From the NCBI GenBank assembly GCA_963736005.1, contig CAVTNB010000001.1:1248001-1312000 (forward strand): a stretch of DNA of 64,000 bases, written 5' to 3'. The DNA comes from an uncultured Pseudomonadota bacterium (GTDB lineage: Bacteria > Vulcanimicrobiota > Vulcanimicrobiia > Eremiobacterales > Eremiobacteraceae). Shown here piece by piece: positions 19,535 through 29,570 of the stretch. The stretch's first letter is position 1; every line of letters starts with the position of its first letter. Made by a program: the position numbers and the translations under genes. Under the pieces are notes generated by a model, which was given only the letters and a program-made list of their open reading frames with translations, ran no database searches and was not told the DNA's origin.

Positions 19535-21913
19535 TCATGCGGGAATGGGAGCTTTGGGTTTAGCCACCTTGACCACTTTCAAGCGAAGAGGTGCGCCACT
19601 TGCCGCGTCGAGCGCCTTGAGCACTTTCTCTCGGGTGATCGGGGTCGAGTGCACGCGCGCCTTGATCGCGTCGGCAACCGCATTGGCGATTGCAGGAATA
19701 ACCGGGTTGAGCGGCCCCTGGCCGGCCTCTTTTGCGCCGTACGGGCCTTCTTTGTCGTCAGTCTCGATGATGATTGCCTCGATCTCGCGGCGTGTCAAGG
19801 CTTGTCGGCGTTTTGTAATCAAGCAAGTTTGGTATCTTGTGCTCGCCAGCGCGAAATGGCCACTCTTCCATGAGCGCTTCCGACAAGCCCATGTAAACGC
19901 CGCCCTCGATTTGGCCTTCGACGGAGTCAGCGTTGATGCACCGACCGACGTCGTGCGCCAGCGTAATTTTTTCTACTTTGATCTCTCCGGTTTCGAGATC
20001 GACGTCCACCTCTGCGACGGCAACACTGTACGAATATGCGGGTGAGGGGCCGACGCCGGCACCCTTGTAATCCGCGGCCAACTTGGGAGGCGTATACGAG
20101 CCCGCGCAGGCGATCGTGCCAAACTTGGCTTCAGCGAGTTGCGCAGCCTCGATGAAGGTCATTGTACTTAGATCGGTCGTCGAGATTGAAAACCCGCCGT
20201 TCCGCCAAACCGATGCGGTTTGCCGGGCAGCCCAGTTTTTCAGCCGCTGCGTCTGTTATCATCGCGCGTGCTTTGCCCGCCGCTTCGCGCGCAGCGTTGC
20301 CGGCCATGAACGTGACGCGACTGGAGTAGGATCCGAGGTCGACCGGCGTGAGATTGGTGTCGCCGTAGCAGACGTGAACGTCCGTGACGTCAACGCCAAG
20401 CGTCTCCGCGACGATCGCAGCCAACATGTGAATCGACCCCTGACCGCACTCGCTCGATGCCGGAAAGGATCGTGACGCCGCCACCGCGATCCACCTTGAC
20501 GATGGCTCCTGACTGCGGCATTGCGTTCCAGTATATTGGCAGGCCCGCGCCGCAAAGATAGGCGCTCGCGGCGATGCCGATCCCCTTGCCGCGCTTCATC
20601 TTCCCCCGCTTCGCCCGATAGTTTGTCCGCTCGGTCGCGGCGTCGATGCACTCGCGCAGACCGCACGACGTGACGCGCAAGCCATTGACCGTGACCGAGT
20701 TTGGTTCGACCGCGATTCGTTTGCGATACTCCGCGGCGTCCAGCCCCAGAGCGTCAGCGATCTTGTCCAGTTGGTTTTCGAGCGCAAAGCGCGGTTGCGT
20801 CGTGCCGTGTCCGCGCTTGGGCCCGCACGGGGGTTTGTTCGTGAAAACTCGACAACCATCGAATTTGTACGCAGGCACTTTATAGGTAACAGTCGTCAGC
20901 GCTCCTGTATAGTAGGTGGTCGCGACGCCATACGAGCCGTACGCCCCGCCATCGAGCCACGTCTGAAGATGAATGGCGGTGATCGAGCCATCGTTGCGAA
21001 CGCCCGTTTTGAGTTTGAAGCTCACCGGATGTCGGCCGCGGTGCGCGTAGAAGACTTCTTGCCGCGTCAGTGAGATCTTCACCGGACGCCCGGTCTTCAT
21101 GGCTAAGAAGCCGGCCGCCAACTCGTGCGCGAAAGGTTCTGTCTTACCGCCGAAGCCGCCGCCGACCGGAGGCGCGATCACTGCGCACGTAGCTGCCGGG
21201 GAGATGCAAGCACCGCAGCCGCGATGCGATGCAGGTAATGCGGGGTTTGCGTGGAGCACCAAAACGTTAGCTTGCCGTCGCCGCCGTACTGCGCAACGAC
21301 CGCGTGTTGCTCGATCGGCGCGTGCGTGTTGCCTTCAAAGAAATATTCATCCTCGAAGATGCGGTCGGCCGCGGCAAAGCCCTTTTCCACCTCGCCGAAT
21401 TCGAGATGCACCTCCTTATGCACGTTATTCGTTCGGCGCGGGTTGGGATGAATCTGCGGGAGATCGGTTCGCAGCGCATCGTCGATCGACATGATCTCGG
21501 GCAGCGGTTCGTACTCGACCTCGATCAGCGCAACCGCCTCTTCAGCCGTCAGCTCGTCGTCCGCGACGACGCATGCGATCGGGTCGCCGACGTATCGCAC
21601 GGTATCGATCGCAAAGACCGTCTCGTCAGGACTCGAGGGGAGGATGCCGTAGCGCACGGGTAGGTCGGCGCCGGTCGCTACGGCGACGACCCCCGGCAAG
21701 CGCGAGCGCCTTGCGCGCGTCAACTCGCTTGAGGCGCGCGTGGGTCTGTGTGCTGCGCAGCATCTTGCCGTGCAGCATGTTTGGGAGAAAAATGTCGTCG
21801 GCAAACTTATCTTGCCCGGTGATGCGCGTAAAGCTATCGACTTTCGCCATCGCTTTGCCGACGACGTGGAAGCCTTCGGGCTTGTCAGCCGGCGTTTGCG
21901 GCGCTTTGGCCAC
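19535..21913 (-). CDS. Molybdopterin subunit of a xanthine-dehydrogenase-family enzyme (HcrA-like), split by at least 5 frameshifts
   Basis: Consecutive fragments carry TGQDKFADD, VRYVGDPIA, STQTPH, GGGFGGK, RGHG, GQG, GSYSSR, VEGQIEGG, GPYGAKEAGQ. Confidence 0.85.
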
Positions 21914-21999
21914 TGATCGAAGGATTGTCTGTACCCGGCGTCAGCGGCCGGGCGTCGCCGTCAGGATTGGTTGCCGTCGAGACCGCGGGGAGATCTGCT

Positions 22000-22500
22000 T
22001 CAGACACGAGCATCATCCTTCGTCATGCGCGACGCTGCGAGCGCGACCGCTTCGACGATCTTGCTATAGCCCGTGCAGCGGCATAAGTTCCCCGAAATCG
22101 CTTCGCGAATTTCGGTTTCGCTCGGCACTTGCTTGCGTTCGACCAGCGCGGCAGCCGTCATGAGGAACCCAGGCGTGCAGTACCCGCATTGCGCTGCGCC
22201 GCACTCGGCAAACGCTTGCTGGATCGCGTGAAGCTTGGGTCCGTTCGCCAACCCCTCGACCGTGCGGACGTTGTGCCCCTCGGCCTCAACTGCAAGAGCG
22301 AGACAACTCAAGATGGGCTGATCGTCAATGAGCACTGTGCAGGCGCCGCAGTGCCCCATCTCGCAACCATGCTTCGTGCCAGTCAAGCCGAGGTCTTCAC
22401 GAAGCACCTCGAGCAGTGTCTTATTCGGATGGCTGGCGCATTCGATACTCTCGCCGTTGACGATCAAGTGCAGAAGTGTCCTCGGTGGTGCAACGCTCAA
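22000..22500 (-). CDS. 2x[2Fe-2S] subunit of a xanthine-dehydrogenase-family enzyme (HcrC-like)
   Basis: GTKHGCEMGHCGACTV, QCGYCTPG, GNLCRCTGY. Confidence 0.92.
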   Translation of the reverse strand: MSVAPPRTLLHLIVNGESIECASHPNKTLLEVLREDLGLTGTKHGCEMGHCGACTVLIDDQPILSCLALAVEAEGHNVRTVEGLANGPKLHAIQQAFAECGAAQCGYCTPGFLMTAAALVERKQVPSETEIREAISGNLCRCTGYSKIVEAVALAASRMTKDDARV

Positions 22501-22527
22501 ACCCAGTACTCCATTCGTTCATCTGAC

Positions 22528-22562
22528 TGAACAACCGTTCAATAGGCAGTATGATTATAGCA
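22528..22562 (-). promoter_or_regulatory. Extended -10 promoter (TGcTATAAT) of the molybdoenzyme operon with a downstream palindrome TGAAC-N4-GTTCA
   Basis: TGCTATAAT on - at 22554-22562; inverted repeat at 22528-22541 just downstream of the expected start site. Confidence 0.5.
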
Positions 22563-22578
22563 CCAGGGGTAAGCAAAT

Positions 22579-22700
22579 TGTAGGGGGACGATCGATAAAA
22601 TCGCCCCGAGGAGTTCTGCAGGCACGATCAGCAACTGATTTTGATAGTGGGTGACTTCGCAGTCGTCCGGGGCACTCGCGAATAAATTCGCGAGACTACA
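22579..22700. repeat. REP family C (22579-22607, +) and REP family B (22675-22700, -)
   Basis: TGTAGGGGGACGATCGATAAAATCGCCCC and CTCGCGAATAAATTCGCGAGACTACA. Confidence 0.75.
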
Positions 22701-22712
22701 TTTTTGGCTCGA

Positions 22713-23597
22713 CTACACCTTGAGCTCGACTTTTTCGAGCGCGAGCTTCGTGTTAACCACGTGGCGGTTGAGTCGCAACTCGTCAGGTTCGAAACCAAAT
22801 GCGAGCCCGAGGAGCTGCGGCAAGTGAAAGATGGGCGTTCCGATCTGCTCCTTGATCACTCCCTCGGCATCTGGCTGCTGACCGTCGAGATTGAGATGAC
22901 AAAGCGGGCACGGCGTCACCAGCACGTCTGCACCCTTTGACTTTGCTTCCACGAGGTGCTTGCCCCCCATCTTGAGCGATGCATCCCGATTGAATGTCAG
23001 CATCGGGAATCCGCAACATTTGCTCTTGCCGTGGTATTCAACTGGTGTTGCGCCGATGAGTTCGATGATCTGCTCGAAATACGTGGAGCGCTCGGGGCGC
23101 TCTCGTAGCCCTAGGTGCTCCTCCGGACGAAGGATGTAGCATCCGTAAAACGGCGCCACGTTCAACCCGGTCAGCTGGCGCTTGATGAGGGGACGAATCG
23201 TGTCGAGCCCAATGTCTTCGACGAGCATCCACAAGAGATGTTTTACTTGAGTCGTTGCACTATAGCGAAAGCCGCTGCCTTCGAGAGTCCCGTTGACGCG
23301 CTCGAGCAGCGCCGCATCGCGGGAAAGATGATATTGCGCGCCACTGAGTACGCCCTGGCACGTACTGCAAATCGTCATGAGGGCAGCGCCTTGCTGCTCC
23401 GCCATGGCCAGCGTTAACCCGTTGAGCGAATAGGCCAGATCAGGATTTTGCTCGGTCAGCACGCCAGCGCCGGTGCACGGCGCTTCGTTCAACTCCATAA
23501 GCTCGAGCCCAAGCGTTGGAGCGATTTTCTGCATCGAAACATACAGCTCGGGGCAGGCGCCCTTCGAAACGCAACCGGGCCAAAATGCGACTTTCAT
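22713..23597 (-). CDS. CCG-domain subunit (HdrB/SdhE-like) of succinate dehydrogenase/fumarate reductase
   Basis: FWPGC, CTGAG, TICSTC, PFYGC, KCCG, VTPCPLCHLNLD; third gene of the sdhAB operon. Confidence 0.85.
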   Translation of the reverse strand: MKVAFWPGCVSKGACPELYVSMQKIAPTLGLELMELNEAPCTGAGVLTEQNPDLAYSLNGLTLAMAEQQGAALMTICSTCQGVLSGAQYHLSRDAALLERVNGTLEGSGFRYSATTQVKHLLWMLVEDIGLDTIRPLIKRQLTGLNVAPFYGCYILRPEEHLGLRERPERSTYFEQIIELIGATPVEYHGKSKCCGFPMLTFNRDASLKMGGKHLVEAKSKGADVLVTPCPLCHLNLDGQQPDAEGVIKEQIGTPIFHLPQLLGLAFGFEPDELRLNRHVVNTKLALEKVELKV

Positions 23598-23614
23598 TCT
23601 TCTCTCTCCGTCGA

Positions 23615-23666
23615 AGCGGACCTAAAGGTCCGCTGCTACACTCGCGAATAAATTCGCGAGACTACA
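23615..23666 (-). repeat. Adjacent REP B and REP A elements directly after the sdhB stop
   Basis: On -: TAA-TGTAGTCTCGCGAATTTATTCGCGAG-TGTAGCAGCGGACCTTTAGGTCCGCT. Confidence 0.9.
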
Positions 23667-24666
23667 TTACTTGAAGATGCCGCCGACGCGCTTGAAGATC
23701 GCCTTGATGCGCTCGAGGTGCGGGATCTTATGGTGGATGATCGGCGGCAGCTTGCCGGCCCGTGCCATGTTGAACGCGGCCGGCAGCGACTGGAGCTGAG
23801 CGCGGATGTTGAATAGGCCAAATGATTTCGGCATGAGCGTCAACTCGTTGAGACGTCCGCTATCCCGCACCGAATCGGCGAAGGCGACTGCATGGCGGGT
23901 ACCGGCATTGTTCGTGAAGCCGGCCTCGACCGCCAATTTGCGCATCTTGAGGATCTGATCGAGCGGCGCGACGCCCTTGGGGCAGACGTGCACGCACTCG
24001 TAGCAGTGCGTGCAGTCCCAAATGCCATCGGGTTCGCTGTACTCCCCAAGGCGCTGCTTTGTCTGATCATCGCGCGGATCTGCCGTGTAGCGATAGGCCT
24101 TCGCCAACGCTGCCGGTCCGAGGAAATTCTGATTGACGGCGAACGACTCGCAATCCATCAGACATGCGCCGCACGAGATGCAGCCGACCTCTTGAATGAG
24201 ATTCTCCATCGCGGCGTTGGGAACGCGGTATTCCTCGCCTTTGGGAACCGGCTGCTTGTTCTCAAGCCACGGTTTGACTTTCCGATTCTTCTCCCAGAAC
24301 GGCGTCATGTCGCAGACCAGATCGCGGATTACCGGCATGGACGGTGGTGATTCGACCGTCACCTTCCCATCTACCGCAACGTCGCGCAGCTTGGTCATGC
24401 ACGCGAGGCGCGCGTGGCCATTGATCCACATGCCGCACGAGCCGCAGATGGCGCTGCGGCAAGCGCAGCGCACCGCGAGGCTTTCGTCTTGATATTCGCG
24501 GATGGCGATGAGCGCATCGAGCACCATCGCATGGTCGGCGAGCTCAACTTCAAAAGGCTGGTAGCGCTTCGCCGGCGCGTTGTCGTATGGCGGCGGATAT
24601 CCGCCGCGTTGTGCCGGCGCGTGCCTGTGCTCGATCGTACCGTCCGACTTCGATCGTCCATTTCAT
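23667..24666 (-). CDS. sdhB: Succinate dehydrogenase/fumarate reductase iron-sulfur subunit (frameshift ~24633)
   Basis: CRSAICGSCGM, CISCGACLMDC, CTHCYECVHVCPKG. ATG 24666 (MKWTIEVGRYD) joins the main frame if 2 nt are restored, giving RYDPE. Confidence 0.9.
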
Positions 24667-24668
24667 CG

Positions 24669-26348
24669 CTAGTACGTCCGTTCTTGAGGCGGCCACTTCG
24701 TGATCGTGACTGGCTGGAAATCAATTGTTGGCGGGCCGCCACTTGCATAATGAATCACAACGTGCTTGAGCCACTCCGCGTCGTTGCGTTTGGGGTAATC
24801 GGTGCGCGACTGCGCTCCCCGGCTTTCTTTTCTGGTCTGCGCACTGTAGATCGTGGTCTCGGCGCAGTCGAGCATGTATCCCAGCTCGAGGACAAATGTC
24901 AGCGCCTGGTTGTAGATACGGCCCTTGTCCCCAACGGCAACCGATTGGTACCGTCGTTTGAGTTCTTGCACTCCGGCCAGCGCTTCGTTGAGGCCCGTTT
25001 CGTCGCGATAGACGCCAACTTTGGCATCCATGAGCGTTCCGAGCTCCAGCCGCAGCCGGGCGTGCGTCTCGCCCGAGTACGGCCGCGTCATGAGCGCGGC
25101 GATTCGTCGCTGCTCGCTGGCCAAAAACTCATCGCCCGAACTAATTTGACCAACGCTCTTGACGTAGGCTGACGATGCCCCGCCAGATCGCCGCCCAAAG
25201 ACGAGCGTGTCGAGCAGCGAATTGGCGCCGAGCCGATTGCCTCCATGGACGCTCACGCACGCACACTCTCCCGCGGCGTACAGGCCGGGCACGCTCGTGG
25301 CACCGTTGACGTCGGTCTTTACGCCGCCCATGATATAGTGCATGCCGGGGCGTACCGGAACGGGATCCTTGACCATGTCAATGTCCAAGAAGTCCAGAGC
25401 AATCTCGTGGATCTGAGGCAGCTTGCTCATGATGAGGTCGCGGCCCAGATGCCGCAAGTCGAGAAGAACATTGCCGTCGATGCCGCGACCTTCTGCGATC
25501 TCGATCGTCTCCGCTCGCGACACGACATCGCGCGATGCCAGCTCCATCATCTTCGGCGCGTAGCGCTGCATGAAACGCTCGCCAGCTTTATTCAAGAGAT
25601 ACGCGCCCTCGCCACGTGCAGCCTCAGTCATCAAGAAGCCGGAGCCTTTGAGCGTGGTCGGATGGTACTGCACCATCTCCATGTCCATCAACGGCGCGCC
25701 GACCCGATAGGCCAACGCGATGCCATCGCCCGTACAGATCAAGGCATTCGTGCTCGGTTCGTAGACCCGCCCCATGCCGCCGCTCGCCACGATCACGGCT
25801 TTCGCGCGCAGCAGATGTAACTCACCGGTGAGCATGTCGATCGCGGAGACGCCTCGGCACACTCCATCAACAGTGTAGAGTGCGGTTGCGAACCACTCTT
25901 CATACACTTTGACGCCGGCTTTGAGGATTTGATCGTAGAGCGTGTACAGAAGCGCTTGACCCGTTATATCACCGACAAAATATGTTCGAGCTTTGGAGGC
26001 GCCGCCGAACGCGCGCGTGCCCAGTTTGCCCTCGTCGTCTCGATAAAAAATGACGCCCATGTGCTCGAGCTCAATGATGTCCTGCGGCGCTTCGCTCGTC
26101 ATGATTTCGACCGCATCTTGATCTGCGAGATAGTCGCTGCCTTTGATGGTGTCGAAAGCGTGGATTTCCCAGGAGTCCCCGGCGCCGAGGGCCGCGTTGA
26201 TGCCGCCCTGCGCGGCTCCCGAATGGCTGCGAACCGGATGGACTTTCGACACAATGGCGACGTTGACGCCATCACGCGCCGCTTCGAGCGCAGCCCGCAT
26301 GCCGGCGAGGCCCGCCCCGAGCACGACCACATCATGATCCAAAATCAT
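24669..26348 (-). CDS. sdhA: Succinate dehydrogenase/fumarate reductase flavoprotein subunit
   Basis: [56 protein letters not shown]. Confidence 0.95.
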   Translation of the reverse strand: MILDHDVVVLGAGLAGMRAALEAARDGVNVAIVSKVHPVRSHSGAAQGGINAALGAGDSWEIHAFDTIKGSDYLADQDAVEIMTSEAPQDIIELEHMGVIFYRDDEGKLGTRAFGGASKARTYFVGDITGQALLYTLYDQILKAGVKVYEEWFATALYTVDGVCRGVSAIDMLTGELHLLRAKAVIVASGGMGRVYEPSTNALICTGDGIALAYRVGAPLMDMEMVQYHPTTLKGSGFLMTEAARGEGAYLLNKAGERFMQRYAPKMMELASRDVVSRAETIEIAEGRGIDGNVLLDLRHLGRDLIMSKLPQIHEIALDFLDIDMVKDPVPVRPGMHYIMGGVKTDVNGATSVPGLYAAGECACVSVHGGNRLGANSLLDTLVFGRRSGGASSAYVKSVGQISSGDEFLASEQRRIAALMTRPYSGETHARLRLELGTLMDAKVGVYRDETGLNEALAGVQELKRRYQSVAVGDKGRIYNQALTFVLELGYMLDCAETTIYSAQTRKESRGAQSRTDYPKRNDAEWLKHVVIHYASGGPPTIDFQPVTITKWPPQERTY

Positions 26349-26461
26349 GCTTGGTATCTCTTACCTGTGGGTGACACGAGGACGGATGCCCTCGAGCGTT
26401 TCGAGCGCGTTTAGACGCCGTTTTCGCAAGCCCTGCGAACTGCTGTGCCGTTTGTCGTGCT

Positions 26462-26953
26462 CTACGGCTTCGTTGGCTCGATCACGACCTTGCGCATCAC
26501 ATCACCAACTTTGACCGCCCGCGCAACATCGAGGCCCGACGTCAGATGCCCGAAGACGGTATATTGATGATCTAAGAAGTGTGCGTCTTCGAGGCAGACA
26601 TAGAACTGCGATCCGGCCGAGTCTGGTGATTGTGATCGCGCCATCGCCACCGCGCCCGCATTGTGGAGGTTATCATTGAATTCGGCTTTGAGGCGATAGC
26701 CGGGTCCCCCGGTGCCCGTTCCTTCCGGGCAGCCCCCTTGAATGACAAATCCCGGTACGACTCGATGGAACGTCAAGCCATCATAAAACCCGTTGCGCGC
26801 GAGTTTGATGAAGGACGCTACTGTATTTGGAGCGTCATTCGGGAAAAACGTGAAGATCATCTCTCCCCGATCGGTGACGATGCGGGCCTGCGAAGTTTTC
26901 GCTTGGCTCGTCAGGTTGAGCGTTTCTTGGGTGGTGGGGGGTTCATTGGCCAT
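26462..26953 (-). CDS. Cyclophilin-type peptidyl-prolyl isomerase
   Basis: FYDGLTFHRVVPGFVIQGG, AMAR, SAGSQF, YTVFG. Confidence 0.93.
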   Translation of the reverse strand: MANEPPTTQETLNLTSQAKTSQARIVTDRGEMIFTFFPNDAPNTVASFIKLARNGFYDGLTFHRVVPGFVIQGGCPEGTGTGGPGYRLKAEFNDNLHNAGAVAMARSQSPDSAGSQFYVCLEDAHFLDHQYTVFGHLTSGLDVARAVKVGDVMRKVVIEPTKP

Positions 26954-27089
26954 GCTAAGGCTTTCTGCGAACGCTTCGTCGCACCCCCGTGGGATTGACA
27001 CCTCTCATCTGGTCATGATAAGATTGCGCTCGGTTTATTTATCATCGTTCGGCCGCGCCCGCTATGACGAAAAGAAAGGAGAGGCCACA

Positions 27090-27209
27090 ATGAACAACGC
27101 CACGTGCAAGAATGTAATGGCTTCTCCGTTCATTCTCGGGGGCACGCGAATGGATTCGCGCGGCGTCGGGGCCGGAGGTTTCGCTCTGTGGGAGCTGTGT
27201 AGGCGTTAG
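27090..27209 (+). CDS. Putative 39-aa leader peptide
   Basis: Strong SD AAAGGAGAGG before the ATG; MNNATCKNVMASPFILGGTRMDSRGVGAGGFALWELCRR; overlaps alternative RNA hairpins. Confidence 0.6.
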   Translation: MNNATCKNVMASPFILGGTRMDSRGVGAGGFALWELCRR

Positions 27210-27272
27210 GTCGCCGCATAGGTTTTCAGGAAAGCGAGGCCTCCGCCAACGGCGGGGGCCTCAATCATTTTT
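27120..27272 (+). promoter_or_regulatory. Candidate transcription attenuator (protector, antiterminator, terminator)
   Basis: 27170-27185 can pair either upstream (27123-27139) or with 27233-27247, the 5' arm of the terminator. Confidence 0.6.
27236..27272 (+). terminator. Intrinsic terminator of the attenuator
   Basis: GAGGCCTCCGCC-AAC-GGCGGGGGCCTC (12 bp) followed by AATCATTTTT. Confidence 0.65.
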
Positions 27273-27381
27273 GCCCTCTCGCAAAGCGCTGTGCGATTGT
27301 ACGGCGTGAATCGGGGAGCGCCATCGATCAATTCGCGATACGATCGCGGAGTAAATATTTGACAAAAGGAGGTGAATTGCA

Positions 27382-27591
27382 ATGCAACGCTGGTCCTTGG
27401 GCGACGCCGCGTGCCAGCGACAACAAGAGTTGCTCGCTGACGCGGTTGAAGCTCGAATCGTCGCTTCGGTGCGACGCTCGCAACCGCGCGTTTCCGCTCG
27501 AATTCGAGTGGCTCGCGCACTTCGAGCAGTAGGGTACGCATTGCTCGATGTCGGGCACTCGCTCGAACCCGAGAGCTGGCGGTCGGCGTGA
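27382..27591 (+). CDS. Small basic hypothetical protein (69 aa)
   Basis: Perfect SD AAAGGAGGTGA; helical RQQELLADA...RVARALRAVGYALLDVG; has its own terminator. Confidence 0.75.
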   Translation: MQRWSLGDAACQRQQELLADAVEARIVASVRRSQPRVSARIRVARALRAVGYALLDVGHSLEPESWRSA

Positions 27592-27614
27592 AAATGCCGG
27601 CCGCCTCCTTTTTT
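27578..27614 (+). terminator. Intrinsic terminator
   Basis: GGCGGTCGGCGT-GAAA-ATGCCGGCCGCC followed by TCCTTTTTT. Confidence 0.75.
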
Positions 27615-27616
27615 GG

Positions 27617-27676
27617 GCGCGAATAAATTCGCGCGACTACATGAACCTTGGGCGCGAATAAATTCGCGCGATTACA
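27617..27676 (-). repeat. Two tandem REP family B elements
   Basis: GCGCGAATAAATTCGCGCGA(C/T)TACA twice; the second overlaps the ABC gene stop. Confidence 0.85.
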
Positions 27677-29456
27677 CGAGTTCGGGTTGTTCCTCGGTTG
27701 TGAAGAATTGTGCTGTGTACAGCGACGCGTAGAGGCCTCCACGCGCAAGCAGCTCGCCATGTTTGCCCGACTCAACGATCCTGCCTGCCTCCACGACATT
27801 GATGACATCGGCACGAAGCACGGTTGAGAGACGATGCGCAACGACGAGGCTTGTGCGTCCGCGCATGAGCGGCACCAGCGCCTCCTTGATCAGCCGTTCC
27901 GACGTTGAGTCCAAAGAGCTCGTTGCCTCGTCGAGAATAAGAATCCGCGGATCCTTGAGCAAGACGCGCGCAAGCGCCATGCGTTGGCGCTCGCCGCCAG
28001 AGAGTTTGTGCCCCCGCTCGCCGACGATCGTCTTTAGCCCCTCCGGAAGGTTTGCGACCACGTCGTAAATGTTGGCGGCTTTACAGGCTTGGAGGAGCTG
28101 CTCGTCTGTGGCATTGGGATTGCCATACCGTAGGTTCTCCGCGATCGAAGCATGGAAGAGATACGTTTCCTGCGTCACGATGCCGATGTTGCGGCGCAAC
28201 GATTCGAGCGTCACATCGCGGATGTCGTAACCGTCGACGAGCACGCGCCCTTCTTGAGGATCGTAGAAACGGGGCAGGAGCTGCATGATGGTCGTCTTGC
28301 CGGCACCACTTGGGCCAACGAAGGCGACCAGCTCCCCTGGCCGTGCGTGAAATGTAATGCCGTTGAGGACCGGTCGATCTGCAACGTAACCAAATCGCAC
28401 GTGGTCAAAGACGATATCGCCCCGGGCCGAGGTGAGCTCGATGGCATCCGGGCGCTGCGGCGCCTCCGGTTGCATGTCGAGATAGTCGAAAATGCGCTCA
28501 AAAACGGCAAACGCGCTGACCAATTGGATCTGTACCCCGACCAGGGCAGAGGCAGGTCCATACAGGCGCGCCAGATACGCCACAAACGCGACGATCGTCC
28601 CCACGCCAAGGCCTTGAGTGATCGCAAGCCAGCCGCCAAACAACCAGACGATAGCGGGCCCGACCACCACCAGGGCTCCGATGAGTGCGATGAACCAGCG
28701 TCCAACGAGCGCCAACCGAATTTCCAAATGCATGAGGTCCGTGCCAGCCTCGTGGAAGCGCGCCGCTTCCTGGCGCTCGCGCACGAACGACTTCATGAGC
28801 GTCACGCCCGACAACGACAGCGTCTCCTGAAGCAGGCTCTCGATGCGGTCCCGCTGCTCCCGCGTCCGCTTGCGCACGTTGTACATCGCTTTACCCACCG
28901 GCCCAAGTGGGATGACCATGAGCGGCACGACGACTAAGGAGAGCAGCGCGAGTCGCCAGTCCAGCAAGAAGATTGCGATGAGGGTTGTGACAATGATGGC
29001 GATGTTGGTGACGATCGTGACGAACGTGCCGGTGACGACGTTGTCGATGGCGTCAACGTCACTCGACACGCGATTCATGATTTCGCCCGTCTTTGTCGAC
29101 GTAAAGAACGACAGCGACATGCCGTGGAGATGTTGCACCAATGCATCGCGCATGTCGCGCATGATGCCCTCGCCCACAAAAGAATTCAGGTAGCCTTGCC
29201 ATGCACCGATCGCGCTTGCCACAAGCGCCGACGCCACCATGCCACCCGCCAGCAGAGCGAGGAGATGGACGTTCTTCCCGGCGATCGCGCCGTCAATAAT
29301 CCATTTAGTAAAGAGGGGCGGTAACTGCCCGAGCGAGCTGGTCACCAAGATGGCCACAATGATGAGGGCCTCTTGGCGCCAGTACGGTAAGAAGTAGACT
29401 GCAATGCGGCGCCAGTCGATGCGCTTGGGCGGCTTCTGTTCGCCGCTCAAGTTCAT
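27672..29456 (-). CDS. Fused ABC exporter, permease plus ATPase (MsbA/MdlB-like)
   Basis: TM domain, GPSGAGKTT, LSGGERQR, LILDEATSSLD. Confidence 0.93.
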   Translation of the reverse strand: MNLSGEQKPPKRIDWRRIAVYFLPYWRQEALIIVAILVTSSLGQLPPLFTKWIIDGAIAGKNVHLLALLAGGMVASALVASAIGAWQGYLNSFVGEGIMRDMRDALVQHLHGMSLSFFTSTKTGEIMNRVSSDVDAIDNVVTGTFVTIVTNIAIIVTTLIAIFLLDWRLALLSLVVVPLMVIPLGPVGKAMYNVRKRTREQRDRIESLLQETLSLSGVTLMKSFVRERQEAARFHEAGTDLMHLEIRLALVGRWFIALIGALVVVGPAIVWLFGGWLAITQGLGVGTIVAFVAYLARLYGPASALVGVQIQLVSAFAVFERIFDYLDMQPEAPQRPDAIELTSARGDIVFDHVRFGYVADRPVLNGITFHARPGELVAFVGPSGAGKTTIMQLLPRFYDPQEGRVLVDGYDIRDVTLESLRRNIGIVTQETYLFHASIAENLRYGNPNATDEQLLQACKAANIYDVVANLPEGLKTIVGERGHKLSGGERQRMALARVLLKDPRILILDEATSSLDSTSERLIKEALVPLMRGRTSLVVAHRLSTVLRADVINVVEAGRIVESGKHGELLARGGLYASLYTAQFFTTEEQPELV

Positions 29457-29543
29457 CGAATGAAGAATATACCACGGGGAGCCGGCCATCATTGTCAGGG
29501 CTATTTAGCGCGTCGCGAGGTTGGATTCCCGCTTTCGAATTTT

Positions 29544-29570
29544 GGAGTGATTTTCCAATCGCCCCCTACA
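29544..29570 (-). repeat. REP family C overlapping the permease stop codon
   Basis: On -: GTG-TAG-GGGGCGATTGGAAAATCACTCC. Confidence 0.65.

Noticed and set aside
27090..27209. RiPP precursor (double-Gly) exported by the neighbouring ABC transporter
   Set aside because: No modification enzymes nearby, the transporter has no peptidase domain and is on the other strand; the attenuator structure fits better
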